Source: Fidelibacterota bacterium
GTDB lineage: Bacteria; Fidelibacterota; UBA2242; B5-G15
Length of the DNA stretch: 64,000 bases
Direction: 5' to 3'
NCBI GenBank assembly: GCA_017656425.1
Contig: JACDNV010000006.1
Span: forward strand, 42,542-106,541
Part shown: positions 28,554-39,824 of the stretch, piece after piece
Layout: the number at the start of each line of letters is the position of its first letter
How positions within the stretch are numbered: the stretch's first letter is position 1
Notes under the pieces: model-generated
The model's database searches: none
The model's input: the letters and a program-made list of their open reading frames with translations, nothing else
Told to the model about the DNA's origin: nothing
Made by a program: the position numbers and the translations under genes

Positions 28554-30116
28554 ATGAAATTATTCGCTGGACTAGATGTGTCAACACAGGGTTGTAAACT
28601 GGTAATAATAGATACAGATTTATCCAAAGTGGTATTCGTTACAAACATTAATTACGATAATGATCTTCCACAATATAACACTAAAAATGGAGTAATACAG
28701 GGATTACCAGAGGGATGTTCAGAATCAGACCCAAATATGTGGATCGATGCAGTGAATATGACTTTTCAGAGAGCAAAAGAAGCTGGAATAACTATGAACG
28801 AAATTAGATGCATTTCTGTCAGTGGACAACAGCATGGACTGGTTGCACTTGATAAGGATGGAAATCTTTCCAGACCCAGGTCAAAGCTGTGGAACGATTT
28901 CTCAACACTTGAAGAGTGCGAAATACTTACCGAGAAGGTCGGTGGTCTGGAAGAAATGATAAAAGAAGTTGGAAACAGTCAGAGGACGGGCTATACAGCC
29001 TCTAAAATATTCCATATGGTAAGACATGAACCGGAAAACTTTAGGAAGTCCACAATACTATTTCTGGTTCACAATTTTATAAATTATTATCTAACAGGTG
29101 GCGTAGCGGTGATGGAACCTGGTGATACATCCGGCACTGCTTTATGGAATCCTGCTACAGGTAAATGGTCTGATAAAGTAATAAACGCTATCTCACCAGA
29201 CCTGAAGGAAAAGCTCCCACCTGTAAAACCTTCCGATCAGACAATTGGAAATATATCAAAGGAACTCGTTGTAAAATTTGGATTTTCACCTAATTGCAGG
29301 ATAGATGCAGGTTCAGGCGATAACATGTATGGTGCAATAGGCACAGGTAATGTTGAGCCAGGAATAGTGACTGTAAGCCTCGGAACAAGTGGTACAGCTT
29401 ATACCTTTATGGAAAAGCCCTATATCGACCCTACAGGAGAAATAGCCGCCTTTTGTGACAGCACAGGACATTATCTTCCACTATTATGTGTATCCAATAT
29501 GGCAAATGGTTATAACGAAATAATTGAAACACAAAAGATAAACCATGATGAGTTCGATGAACTTGTTAATAAAACAAAACCCGGTAATAATGGAAAAGTA
29601 TTAATACCCTGGTATATGGGTGAAAGAACTCCAGATGTACCACTTGCTTCTCCAATTTATATGGGATTTAAATTATCAGAGTTCACTATTGAAAATCTAT
29701 GCCGTGCAGTTCTGGAAGGTCATGTATTGAATCTCTACGATGGTTTTAAGAGAATGCCAGTCGAAGTGAAAGAAATAAGACTCACAGGTGGATTATCGCG
29801 ATCCCACTCCTGGTGCCAGATGATCGCAGACATTTTTGAAGCAGAGACTGTTCCCGTCGAGGGAGAAGGAGCTGCTCTCGGCGCTGCACTACATGCCGCA
29901 TGGGTCTGGACAAAAGAGAATGAAAAACCTATATCTATCAAAGAAATTGTAAAACCTTTTGTAAAATTCGATGAATCCAGAAGGAAGAAACCTATAAATG
30001 AAAATATCCCAGTATATCGAATTATGAAGGATTTATTCAGCTCACTGAGTAAAAGAGTGCGAGGGCTAGAAGCCGAAGACCCGTTTAGACTAAGAGCCAA
30101 GCTGGTTAGGAGCTAA
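28554..30116 (+). CDS. xylB: Xylulokinase (FGGY family)
   Basis: GLDVSTQGCK, SGQQHG, GDNM, SLGTSG, GERTP; follows xylA. Confidence 0.92.
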   Translation: MKLFAGLDVSTQGCKLVIIDTDLSKVVFVTNINYDNDLPQYNTKNGVIQGLPEGCSESDPNMWIDAVNMTFQRAKEAGITMNEIRCISVSGQQHGLVALDKDGNLSRPRSKLWNDFSTLEECEILTEKVGGLEEMIKEVGNSQRTGYTASKIFHMVRHEPENFRKSTILFLVHNFINYYLTGGVAVMEPGDTSGTALWNPATGKWSDKVINAISPDLKEKLPPVKPSDQTIGNISKELVVKFGFSPNCRIDAGSGDNMYGAIGTGNVEPGIVTVSLGTSGTAYTFMEKPYIDPTGEIAAFCDSTGHYLPLLCVSNMANGYNEIIETQKINHDEFDELVNKTKPGNNGKVLIPWYMGERTPDVPLASPIYMGFKLSEFTIENLCRAVLEGHVLNLYDGFKRMPVEVKEIRLTGGLSRSHSWCQMIADIFEAETVPVEGEGAALGAALHAAWVWTKENEKPISIKEIVKPFVKFDESRRKKPINENIPVYRIMKDLFSSLSKRVRGLEAEDPFRLRAKLVRS

Positions 30117-30134
30117 ATAACAAGTTCAACGTAT

Positions 30135-30170
30135 AAAAAGCCCCCAAATTCTGGGTGCTTTCTTATTTTT
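30135..30170. terminator. Probable bidirectional intrinsic terminator
   Basis: aaaaagcccccaaattctgggtgctttctt imperfect hairpin between convergent genes. Confidence 0.55.
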
Positions 30171-30200
30171 TAATAAATATCAAAGAAAACCGTACAAATG

Positions 30201-32126
30201 TTAATCTAAATCAATTCTTATTATATTAATTGATAATGGAGATATGGTTACAACACTACTTCTCACATCTATAATTTTTTCCTTTATATCCACCCTCATT
30301 GGTTTTCCTGGCTCATTATATGCCATCGGGTCGTCATTCTGTATATACCAGACTTTAGCCTCTTTTTTAATTTCCCTATCTCCAAGATTTATCGTTACTT
30401 CTTTCTCATTAAATGTTGGATTTACTATACCTATTGTGAGGTATTTTCTATTTTTACCAAGTGCTGCAAAAACATCAAGCTTATCATCATTGCACTTAAT
30501 TCCAACGGGGACTTTACCAAAAACATTTCGATAAAGTTTTAAGACAATCCCCGTAGCTGCAAATGTTGCGTTCGTCTTCGTTGTCTTTATACAACCGATA
30601 ACATTTACTGTCTGAGCATAATTTGCCATATAATATACATCATTGTTTCTGAAAAACTCATGAAGTGCTCTTGCCACACCCAAAGCATCTTTCATATGGT
30701 ATCGACACCCAAGCTCACCATATATATAATCCCCATACCAGTAGTTCCATTCGTCCATAGCTATCATAATCTTTTTCCCACCCAGTATATCTTTATAGTA
30801 TTTCCTGTATTGCTCAGCCACTCTTCTGATATTATCTGCAAGCTGGCTTGCATGTTCTATAACGTCTTTCTTCTCCTTACAATATATATGCTCACTCATC
30901 AAATCCATAAATTTATTACATGTTCTTAGCATTCCCTCAGTCCATTCACCTACATTCCCCACAGCCACAAGCTCTGCCTCCGGATCAACTGACCACATTG
31001 CTTTGGCTACAGCAATGTGCTTCAATAAATATTTCTCCAGCGGCATGTGTCCAAGTTGCCATGAGCCATACATCTCGTTACCAACAGCCCAGTACCTTAC
31101 ATTATAAGGGTTCAAATGGCCATTCTTTGCCCTCAGCTTTCCAAAATAAGTGCTGGTATCTCCATTTATATATTCCACCTCCTCCACCACCTCTTCTGGT
31201 GTACCAAGACCTGTATTCACTGCAACGTAAGGTTCTGCATTCAATATTTCCATCAGTTCCATAAACTCGTGTATTCCAACATCATTTGGTTCAATACCTC
31301 TCCAGGCTGGATTTTTTCTTGGAGGTCTTTTATCTCTATTCCCAATTCCATCTTTCCAGTTATAACCACTCACAAAATTTCCACCCGGCCATCTATATAC
31401 TGGTGCATTAAGTTCTTTCAACAGATCTACAACATCTCTTCTCCAACCATTTATATTGTCAGCTGGCATCAGTGAAAGAGTCCCTATTTTAAACCAACCT
31501 TTACCATTCGATATAATTTCAACTTTTACGTTATCATCAGAAGCTGGAGATATGAAGGAAAAATCATATTTAACCCATCTATCACTGATTTTTTTGAAAG
31601 CTTCCTCAATTTTCTCGCCATTTGAATAAACAAATCTTACAATAACTGGTTTAGCTTTCTTATCCCCACATAAGTAAATATATCCTTTGTACTTCCTCCC
31701 TTCGACCAATGCTATTTCATACTGCCGAATACCCCTTTCCTTCTTATCACCATCAAGTATCACTTTTGGACTATGTTTACCTGTAAACGGCTTAACAGTA
31801 TCCATCATTACCGTTCCTTTTGGACCAATTACTTCCCATGGAGAAGCTCCCATAAACCTGAACTTACCTGCATTCCAGAATGGATCCTCGTCATATCTCC
31901 ATGGATTATATTCATCTTTAATGGGATAATAAAATTTCCTATCCTGGATCATTTCTGCCCATATTCCATTGTAGATACAATTTCCCAGGTGTTCAATGAA
32001 CTGTCCATAAATGTACTTTGATATTTCCCCTTTTTCTTCTTCTAAATTAATATTTACTTTAACCTCTGGAATAATGAAACTAAACAGTCCAATTAAAATA
32101 ATTAATACACTTAATGTTTTTCTCAT
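30201..32126 (-). CDS. Alpha-L-arabinofuranosidase (GH51)
   Basis: YGQFIEHLG, RWPGGNFVSGYNW, VGNE, DEWN, AQTVNVI. Confidence 0.92.
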   Translation of the reverse strand: MRKTLSVLIILIGLFSFIIPEVKVNINLEEEKGEISKYIYGQFIEHLGNCIYNGIWAEMIQDRKFYYPIKDEYNPWRYDEDPFWNAGKFRFMGASPWEVIGPKGTVMMDTVKPFTGKHSPKVILDGDKKERGIRQYEIALVEGRKYKGYIYLCGDKKAKPVIVRFVYSNGEKIEEAFKKISDRWVKYDFSFISPASDDNVKVEIISNGKGWFKIGTLSLMPADNINGWRRDVVDLLKELNAPVYRWPGGNFVSGYNWKDGIGNRDKRPPRKNPAWRGIEPNDVGIHEFMELMEILNAEPYVAVNTGLGTPEEVVEEVEYINGDTSTYFGKLRAKNGHLNPYNVRYWAVGNEMYGSWQLGHMPLEKYLLKHIAVAKAMWSVDPEAELVAVGNVGEWTEGMLRTCNKFMDLMSEHIYCKEKKDVIEHASQLADNIRRVAEQYRKYYKDILGGKKIMIAMDEWNYWYGDYIYGELGCRYHMKDALGVARALHEFFRNNDVYYMANYAQTVNVIGCIKTTKTNATFAATGIVLKLYRNVFGKVPVGIKCNDDKLDVFAALGKNRKYLTIGIVNPTFNEKEVTINLGDREIKKEAKVWYIQNDDPMAYNEPGKPMRVDIKEKIIDVRSSVVTISPLSINIIRIDLD

Positions 32127-32255
32127 CTTTTGTCCCCCCAATGCCAGTTATTGGTTTAATAAATTAACCTGTTTGCCACATAAAATTCATCTAATTATCA
32201 CCAATCAAATTAGATTGCATGCTTCCATTTAATATTTTAATATTAAAAATCCATC

Positions 32256-33593
32256 TCATTTCAAATACAATATCTTTTTTATCTCCCTCAACTCAATATT
32301 CTTTAACATACAAAAATATAATCCACTTTCAACAGTCTCACCTCTAAAATTACTACCATCCCAGATTACAATATACTCCCCGGGAAAAACTTCTCCGGAA
32401 AATAAATTTTTTACCCTCTTCCCGGTAATATCAAAAATTTCAAGTTCGATATTTGTTTTAATCGACACTTCGAATTTTATATATGTTTTTTTATTAAAGG
32501 GATTCGGAAAGTTTTGAATCAACTTAATTTCATAGGAATTTCCATTTTGTAGTCTTATAAAGCTTAAAGAAGGTGTTTTAAACAGACTAAATTTGGTATA
32601 AGTAGTATCTATTCCATCAGTTGCTAATACCCTCCAGTGGTAGGTTGTATTATATTCCAGTATACCTGAACCATCAAATGAATATTCAGTTCCATTTATT
32701 CCAGTCATCATTGTATCAATATTAGAACCACTGATATTCAATATATACTCAACACTATCCCTATCCGGATCAATTGCCTCCGTCCAACTAAAATAAACAT
32801 TCATGGATGGTAACGTCATCCCATAGACTGGAAATTTTAATGAAAAAGGAGAAGGAGCATAGTTTATTATAATGTTGGTTTCTTCTGCATCAAATGAAAA
32901 CCTATTTGTAGTTAACCCTTTCCCATCTATCCATATTTCAAAACCAACTTCTGCAGCAACAAAATACCAATCAGAATACATATATCCACGACTTGTAGCA
33001 TCTCTAATAAAATCTAAAAGATCAATATCCAAGGTATCTATTGGATTTACAGTCTTATATGCTATGTAATTCCATCCTGCCCAATTTTCTCTCCTGGCAA
33101 AATACAAATCCCATTTATGATCTGCAATATCAACCGAAGTAACTTTAGTTCCACTAGGACCAGCACCACCGCCATAGTCTATCCAAATCATTAATTCTGC
33201 ATCATACTTTTTATCAGATCCAGACCAAATTTCATCCTTATCAAACCATCCATCAAATGCAGCATTCCAAGTACCATCTACATATCTGGTATCTATTATC
33301 CATGTAATTGGAGCTTCTTTTATTTTCTTTATTTGAATAGATAAAGGATTATTCTTTCCTGTACAACTTCCCCAATGACAGCCCTTAAAAATTGCAGGAT
33401 AGGCTGCAGGGGTACCTCCCGTATTATTATGCTCGGAATAAATGACCCTAAAATAAGTGCTATCCTCATAGAACTTAACGCACTGCTTCGTCTTCGCACC
33501 CCAGACATTGTTCATTATAATGTATTCACCACCCATTACTGGTATCGCTGTTTGCTCTCCATCACTACAAAGTTGAATTTGAGCACTGAGCAA
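32256..33593 (-). CDS. GH12 endoglucanase with T9SS C-terminal domain (true start may be ATG 33651, one base out of frame)
   Basis: NNVWG, AYPAIFKGCHWG, WNAAFD, ELMIW, GFEIW; NFPNPFN. Confidence 0.85.
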   Translation of the reverse strand: MLSAQIQLCSDGEQTAIPVMGGEYIIMNNVWGAKTKQCVKFYEDSTYFRVIYSEHNNTGGTPAAYPAIFKGCHWGSCTGKNNPLSIQIKKIKEAPITWIIDTRYVDGTWNAAFDGWFDKDEIWSGSDKKYDAELMIWIDYGGGAGPSGTKVTSVDIADHKWDLYFARRENWAGWNYIAYKTVNPIDTLDIDLLDFIRDATSRGYMYSDWYFVAAEVGFEIWIDGKGLTTNRFSFDAEETNIIINYAPSPFSLKFPVYGMTLPSMNVYFSWTEAIDPDRDSVEYILNISGSNIDTMMTGINGTEYSFDGSGILEYNTTYHWRVLATDGIDTTYTKFSLFKTPSLSFIRLQNGNSYEIKLIQNFPNPFNKKTYIKFEVSIKTNIELEIFDITGKRVKNLFSGEVFPGEYIVIWDGSNFRGETVESGLYFCMLKNIELREIKKILYLK

Positions 33594-33643
33594 ATTATTA
33601 CAAAGAAAAATTAAGCTAAATATTTCTATATTTGTTAATAACT

Positions 33644-34780
33644 TTACTCATTCACCATAAACACTTTTAGAGACCTCTTGAAATTAACCCCATCTATTTT
33701 TAAAAAGTAAACACCTGTTGGAATCGAATTATCAGAAATTTTTATATTATAATTCATTCTTAAATCATTTTTTATTACGGTACTATAAAATAATTCCTGC
33801 CCAAGTAAATTATACAATTTAATTTCTAATTTACCTGTATATCCATTTTGTATTACCAGATTCATATCATTAACTGAAGGATTAGGGTATACAAAAATAC
33901 TCTCATCTGGCATTTTATAATTCATCTTTATACCAGTTTGTTTACCAATTAATTTAGCGGTTCCAAACAAGTCGGCATTTATCCAATGATTATTCGAGTC
34001 CTCTCTTGCAACCCAGACAGAACCAAAAAAATTATCTCTCTTTTTAGGGAACTCATTAGGATCATCATTTTCACAGTATGCCACCGATAAACCGAATATT
34101 TTCCCTTCGCACAGCTTCACCCTCGAATCTTCAGGATTAGAATGTTCATAAGTATCATCATACACTTTTAATGAGAATTCTCTTGTGTACAGATTCCCTT
34201 GCCTTCTCAATGCAAATTCAGGAAAATGATCTGCATAATTGGGATCTTCTCTATGACTCCAGTCTGTACCTGCAATATCAGAAACAACTTTTTCATAATT
34301 AACACCACCATCATCAGGAAATTTTGAAAATATGTGATACGCAAAAGCGTTTTCTGCATTTGTTCCCCACTCTTCGCCAAAAGAACCTATGCCATCAAAA
34401 ACATGTAATCCACCAGATTTATCTTCATCAATAAAAACCTCCAGTACATCGTAATTATAGATGCCCTGGACATTGTTTAAATCCAATCCTCCTACAGCTA
34501 TATCATCATAAATCTCAACCAAGAAATATAGTAAATTTTCCTCCTCAGACCACATTATTTTATATCGACCCCAGTAGTCAGAGGAATCAACCTCAGCATT
34601 ATATGGCATCCACACCTGATCAATCGGCTGCCATTTTGCATTTCTCCAGCACTCATCGTTCCCATAGCCATCAACTATCGGTGGCATACTAGCCATATAT
34701 ACCATAACTGTATCATCCTGAGCAGAAAACACTACCGCACTAAACAACGCTAAGATAAATAAAATTTTTCCCAAATTCAT
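33644..34780 (-). CDS. CBM9/DOMON-like sugar-binding protein with T9SS C-terminal domain
   Basis: PIVDG....W, NLLYFLVEIYDD, D.LEVFID; VYPNPS. Confidence 0.75.
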   Translation of the reverse strand: MNLGKILFILALFSAVVFSAQDDTVMVYMASMPPIVDGYGNDECWRNAKWQPIDQVWMPYNAEVDSSDYWGRYKIMWSEEENLLYFLVEIYDDIAVGGLDLNNVQGIYNYDVLEVFIDEDKSGGLHVFDGIGSFGEEWGTNAENAFAYHIFSKFPDDGGVNYEKVVSDIAGTDWSHREDPNYADHFPEFALRRQGNLYTREFSLKVYDDTYEHSNPEDSRVKLCEGKIFGLSVAYCENDDPNEFPKKRDNFFGSVWVAREDSNNHWINADLFGTAKLIGKQTGIKMNYKMPDESIFVYPNPSVNDMNLVIQNGYTGKLEIKLYNLLGQELFYSTVIKNDLRMNYNIKISDNSIPTGVYFLKIDGVNFKRSLKVFMVNE

Positions 34781-34831
34781 ATCATTTACTCCAATAAATT
34801 TTCACTGCAATAGTAATTTCATATAACATAC

Positions 34832-37402
34832 TTAATGAACTAAAAGATCATTTACTGCATTAGCTAGAAAGATATATACAGAGCAGGTACTAATCACATA
34901 CTCATTTTCTCCCCATAAAAATGGCCAGTCCTCTTTATTTTCAGGAAAATCAGGTTTTAGCATTAAAACTCCAGGGACAACCCCTCCGGCAATAAAGGAA
35001 AAATCCGCTCTATTACCACCATAAGCTACTTTCTTCGATTTTACTCCAACAGCTGAAACAAATGAAAGATTTGAATATGGATGCATTCCAAGAACATAAT
35101 TCAAAGATCGGATAGTATAATTTGGGGATAATAAATCCGGAAAAGCTTTATAAACATGATAGCAGGTAGTTCCCCACTCCATTAGTTCATGATTTCCTGC
35201 CCAGGGTCTAAAACCAATTAGTACACCAAAAGGATTTTCTTCTTTAAAATCTTCGCAATACCTACTAAACTTCTCAATATATGATATAAGCTTTTCTTTA
35301 TATTCACCACTAAAAAAAGGTATAGCTCTAACTGCTATCCCTATATTTGAATTCAATGCTGAGTCAAGAGCTACCCATACCAATTTTTCAAATCTATCAA
35401 GATATTGCTTATCCTCTGTGGTCTTATATAACTCAAAAGCAGCCCTTAGTTCATTATTTATCATATATATCCTGTATCTCCTATACCATGGATGTGGAGA
35501 TTCTGAAATGACATCCCATCCCGTTTCTTCATGCTGACTTATCCATGCACTTTTTGCAATACTTATACATTGTGCTGCTAATTCATCATTGAAATCCTTT
35601 AATGCTCTATAAGCAGCAGCTAAAGCAGCTATTGTATGGTAATTTAATGCTGGGTCTTTATTTGTAAAAACCCATCTATCATCCATATTCCCGCTTCTAT
35701 TACATTTAACTTCACCAGGCGCAAGAGTTGAGTCATACATTAACCCATCAGTAATAGAATGAGCATCTCCCAGATGTGTATACTGATGCAAATTACCTAC
35801 AACTATCCCCCTTACAGCATGTCCAATATTTTTCATCTGAGCAACAAGCTGCAACGTTCCATGTTCTATTTGCTGAAGTATGTCAGGCTTACCATCAGGT
35901 CTGTGAATATCCACATATCTATTTTTTTGGTCAATATATGTTTGATCATAGTCAACTTTAAAAATTTCCCATGTATCTACAAAATTCAAAATTGCCGTAC
36001 AATGGTGACCAGTCTGTATATCAAAATCACCAGCATCAAACCATCCACCTACATTCAATCCAGGTATACGTTCAAAAGGTTTATACTTGGTGTCTGTAGT
36101 ATCCCGCATAAAGTAGCCGTCGAAATGTACATGGTTTATTGGTGCCTGTAATGCATCATCCATATAGGGCAATCCATGCCATACCCGATACGCTTCGTTT
36201 ACAAACATATGATCCATTTGTACGGGGAAAAAGATCCCGAGCGTTGGCTCCCAGATTTTTTTATAAACGTCTCTTGAAATTGGAAAAGGATTTGTAGTGT
36301 ATTTACCATACCTAATTATAAATAGCCCTGTATCCTGTACCTCAGAAAAATCAAATATACCGTATCTATATCGTAAAAATAATCCCCACTCTTTCACATC
36401 TTTTTTAAATACCTTCTTATGAGTTCCATCAGGATTAATTTTGTAAAGTACAGCACTCTTTAATACTTTATCATCTTTATCATGCTCAATCACTGCAATT
36501 TTTTCCTGTAGTGGATGATAACCAACCTGAGAAAAGGTTATGTTTGGTTCTCTCTTCCACTTTTTCACTGTATTTGCCCAGAGTGTCCATTTTACTACTT
36601 CCCCGGTTTTTTCCGCTGGAAGTACTGTCCTTACAACAAACCATCCATTTTGAGCCAGATTTCTGCCGTCATATAACATCAATTTACCTTTTTCAGATTT
36701 TATTCTAATGTGACGATATGGATCTTCAGGAGCGATAACCAATTCATTTCCAACAGCTATTGGTAAAGGTTCAATAAATTCCCCTCTTCCTCTATCATCA
36801 AAAGTAGAATGCCCAGCAAACTGACGGATTTTTTCCCTGATAGGTTTTACAACTGTAGGACCTGTTGGATACAGTGGAAATATCCCGGGTTCATTATCCA
36901 TTAAAAATGTCTTTTCAAAATACGCAGATGGTAAAAATTCAAGGTTTAAGCCGGCATGACCCACCAATCTTTCTGGTAACGGTTCATCAAGATACACCAT
37001 AATTTTTACCGACTCACCTTCCGACTTGACAACTATTCTTGGGTGAAAATCAAACTGCTCATAACATAACACAACTTCAATACTATTTTCATCACGATTA
37101 ACTATCCTCTTCTCCACCCTTGGTATTAAATCCCACTGTTCCGGTGTAGGCTGAAGCCTTACCCCTCCTCCTTGAGCAACTCTAACACCATGGTGAATAA
37201 TTTCTATTCCTGCTGTCTTTTCATCAAAAAAATAGCCTGTATATCGATTGCTAAAGACAAGGATGTTTAATCCCGGTTTTTCAAAATATCCGAGATTATT
37301 AATAATTAAATCCTGGCTAAAAACATTTAAAGCAATGATAAAAATAATAACAACAAGAGTCAGAAATTCTACCTTTTTACCAATCCCTTTCCTTTCTAAC
37401 AT
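34832..37402 (-). CDS. Glycoside hydrolase family 9 with Ig-like domain
   Basis: SQVGYHP..EK.A, GGWFDAGD, ENEYVI. Confidence 0.85.
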   Translation of the reverse strand: MLERKGIGKKVEFLTLVVIIFIIALNVFSQDLIINNLGYFEKPGLNILVFSNRYTGYFFDEKTAGIEIIHHGVRVAQGGGVRLQPTPEQWDLIPRVEKRIVNRDENSIEVVLCYEQFDFHPRIVVKSEGESVKIMVYLDEPLPERLVGHAGLNLEFLPSAYFEKTFLMDNEPGIFPLYPTGPTVVKPIREKIRQFAGHSTFDDRGRGEFIEPLPIAVGNELVIAPEDPYRHIRIKSEKGKLMLYDGRNLAQNGWFVVRTVLPAEKTGEVVKWTLWANTVKKWKREPNITFSQVGYHPLQEKIAVIEHDKDDKVLKSAVLYKINPDGTHKKVFKKDVKEWGLFLRYRYGIFDFSEVQDTGLFIIRYGKYTTNPFPISRDVYKKIWEPTLGIFFPVQMDHMFVNEAYRVWHGLPYMDDALQAPINHVHFDGYFMRDTTDTKYKPFERIPGLNVGGWFDAGDFDIQTGHHCTAILNFVDTWEIFKVDYDQTYIDQKNRYVDIHRPDGKPDILQQIEHGTLQLVAQMKNIGHAVRGIVVGNLHQYTHLGDAHSITDGLMYDSTLAPGEVKCNRSGNMDDRWVFTNKDPALNYHTIAALAAAYRALKDFNDELAAQCISIAKSAWISQHEETGWDVISESPHPWYRRYRIYMINNELRAAFELYKTTEDKQYLDRFEKLVWVALDSALNSNIGIAVRAIPFFSGEYKEKLISYIEKFSRYCEDFKEENPFGVLIGFRPWAGNHELMEWGTTCYHVYKAFPDLLSPNYTIRSLNYVLGMHPYSNLSFVSAVGVKSKKVAYGGNRADFSFIAGGVVPGVLMLKPDFPENKEDWPFLWGENEYVISTCSVYIFLANAVNDLLVH

Positions 37403-37412
37403 ACTCCCTCCG

Positions 37413-39758
37413 TTATAATTTTTTTACTAAAGCTAATAAAAACACTATCATATAAAAACACAATCCGGCTATAAAAGCATGCGTATAGCCATAAACCATT
37501 GAAACTGACATTCCAAGTACTGAACCAAAAACTGACATACCTCCGTTTATTCCATACATCCATGGAATTAATCCCACTTGATTCCTTTTATTTAAAATTC
37601 TTATAGCTGTAGGGAATGGTGTACCAAGCAAAAAGCCAAGTGGAAACACCAATGTAAAGATCATTAATATTCTCAAAATTAGTGGCAATTTTATCATCGA
37701 ATAAATCATTGGTATTATAAATGTAGATAACAATACTCCATATAAAACAATTATTAGACTGGCAATTGATATCCTTTTACCATAACCCATCTTAAATAAT
37801 TTCTCATTACAGTAACTTCCTATTCCCATACTTATTAGAAGAGCGGCCAATAATATCACAAGAGAAATCGTTGGTGAACCCAGAAATAATATTAACTTCT
37901 GGAATAGCGATAACTCCAAAAGCATGAAACCAGCACCAAGCGAAATAAAAATAACTAAAACATCCCAGTAAACACTTTTGTGAGCAGACGAACTATTTTT
38001 CAAGGAACCCAATTTCAAAAAAACAATTGGGATTACGACTAACAATAAATTGAAAATAGATACACTAATTAGCAATAATTTTAAATCTTCTGGTATGCTC
38101 TTCTCTATATTATAGAAATATGGTTTATCATCATTACACGGTAAAATATTATATTTATAATTTTCAATAAAACTCTTTAGATAAATCCGTCCCTCTTTTA
38201 ATCCTTCCAATAATTTAAAATAAATAGATTTGACATCACCACCATAATACGGTAGATAAATAAAGTTTGCAAAATAATTAGGGTAGATTCGCCTATTCTC
38301 AACCCACATATCCGCTTCGGTCTTGCTAAATGGCTTCTTTTTTACCACAACAGTTGGAGCGTCAAATCCCTTTATTATAGAAATATAATAGGGAATATAT
38401 CTAGTACTAACGCCAAACTCTTTAAAAACCTCTGCCAAAGAGGTAATAATACGTAAAACCTCATGTTCATTATGTAAGGTAAATATCAACATACCTTCTT
38501 CAGATGCTATTTTAAAATAATCCTTAATTGCTTCTTTTGTTAATAAAAAATTCTCATTAGCTGCATATACCTCAATATTCTGAGCCTGTTCTGTAGAGGG
38601 AAGCGCTAATACTATTATATCATATTTCTTACCAACTCTTTTAACATAATGTCTACCTTCGGTTATATATATATTAACATTTGGAAAATACGAATATATC
38701 CCGCCATTATAATCGGAATAATCCTTAACTATCTCAACGAAATCTGGATTTATTTCAACGCAATCTATTTTCTTCACACGATTAAGTAAACCGATTAAAA
38801 CTTCTTTTCCACCTCCTGGACCTATTACCAACATATTGTCTCTTTGATTTTCCTGCGATAACAATATGGGCATTGCTGTAGAATGCGAAAATAACAGATT
38901 TATTAACTCAGGATTTGGATTGGTTATATTACCATCAAAATTATACATTCTCGTACCCGCCGCACCATCAACAAAAAGGTGCATCAACAAATTCTGATGA
39001 CTATATCTAACTAAATCCGATCGTCCGTATATGCTCCATCGAGATTCAATAATTTCTCTATATACATGTTCACCAGGATAGGCATAATAGAAATCTTTTT
39101 CAGGAAATTTCCCTATTTGTACTTCACCAATCAAAACCCTTTGACCGTTTATAAACAAAAAAGTTGCTAATATCCCTATCACAAAATATGTTACTAATAC
39201 CTCTTTCCAGTTATTTAAAATAAAAAACTCCATAGGGATAAAAATTATTAATATCGAAAAGAGCAGACCATTCGGTCCCCCCATCTCATTCAAGAAGAGG
39301 ACCGATAGAAAAGCCCCAGACGATGCCCCGATAAGATCAAAAGCATAGATTAGAAAACTATTTTTACTAAAACTCTTAAAAACTATTGAATTGATTATAC
39401 CACCTGCAAAAAATGGAAAAGACAATATCAAAAAATATAGATAAATATTACTTGTAAGTTTAAAACGTATAAATATTAGGATAAAAATTAGAAGAGAAAA
39501 AATCTGAAAAATAAAACTACTAATAATCCATTTTTTAATCGAAACAGCTGTGTTTGCTTTAAATCTGTAAAAAACAAAAATGCTTCCACATGTCAATCCC
39601 AGCACTGCAAGAGAAATTATTATGAATACATAATTATAAACAAAAATAACAGAAGTTATTCTTGTAGCTATTATTTCGAAACTTAAGATAAAAAGAGAGT
39701 TAAAAAAAACCGCTATTAAATAATTTAGATTTAGCTTCTCACTGCTTTTTTTGCTCAT
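37413..39758 (-). CDS. Membrane-embedded spermidine-synthase-like SAM-dependent transferase
   Basis: N- and C-terminal TM bundles; LVIGPGGGKEV, VEINP, EGRHYV, DDKPYF. Confidence 0.8.
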   Translation of the reverse strand: MSKKSSEKLNLNYLIAVFFNSLFILSFEIIATRITSVIFVYNYVFIIISLAVLGLTCGSIFVFYRFKANTAVSIKKWIISSFIFQIFSLLIFILIFIRFKLTSNIYLYFLILSFPFFAGGIINSIVFKSFSKNSFLIYAFDLIGASSGAFLSVLFLNEMGGPNGLLFSILIIFIPMEFFILNNWKEVLVTYFVIGILATFLFINGQRVLIGEVQIGKFPEKDFYYAYPGEHVYREIIESRWSIYGRSDLVRYSHQNLLMHLFVDGAAGTRMYNFDGNITNPNPELINLLFSHSTAMPILLSQENQRDNMLVIGPGGGKEVLIGLLNRVKKIDCVEINPDFVEIVKDYSDYNGGIYSYFPNVNIYITEGRHYVKRVGKKYDIIVLALPSTEQAQNIEVYAANENFLLTKEAIKDYFKIASEEGMLIFTLHNEHEVLRIITSLAEVFKEFGVSTRYIPYYISIIKGFDAPTVVVKKKPFSKTEADMWVENRRIYPNYFANFIYLPYYGGDVKSIYFKLLEGLKEGRIYLKSFIENYKYNILPCNDDKPYFYNIEKSIPEDLKLLLISVSIFNLLLVVIPIVFLKLGSLKNSSSAHKSVYWDVLVIFISLGAGFMLLELSLFQKLILFLGSPTISLVILLAALLISMGIGSYCNEKLFKMGYGKRISIASLIIVLYGVLLSTFIIPMIYSMIKLPLILRILMIFTLVFPLGFLLGTPFPTAIRILNKRNQVGLIPWMYGINGGMSVFGSVLGMSVSMVYGYTHAFIAGLCFYMIVFLLALVKKL

Positions 39759-39824
39759 AAAAAATTCTAAGTATCTCCCCTATCATTTCGTTAAACACTT
39801 TATTATTAGTAGATACAGAATATT

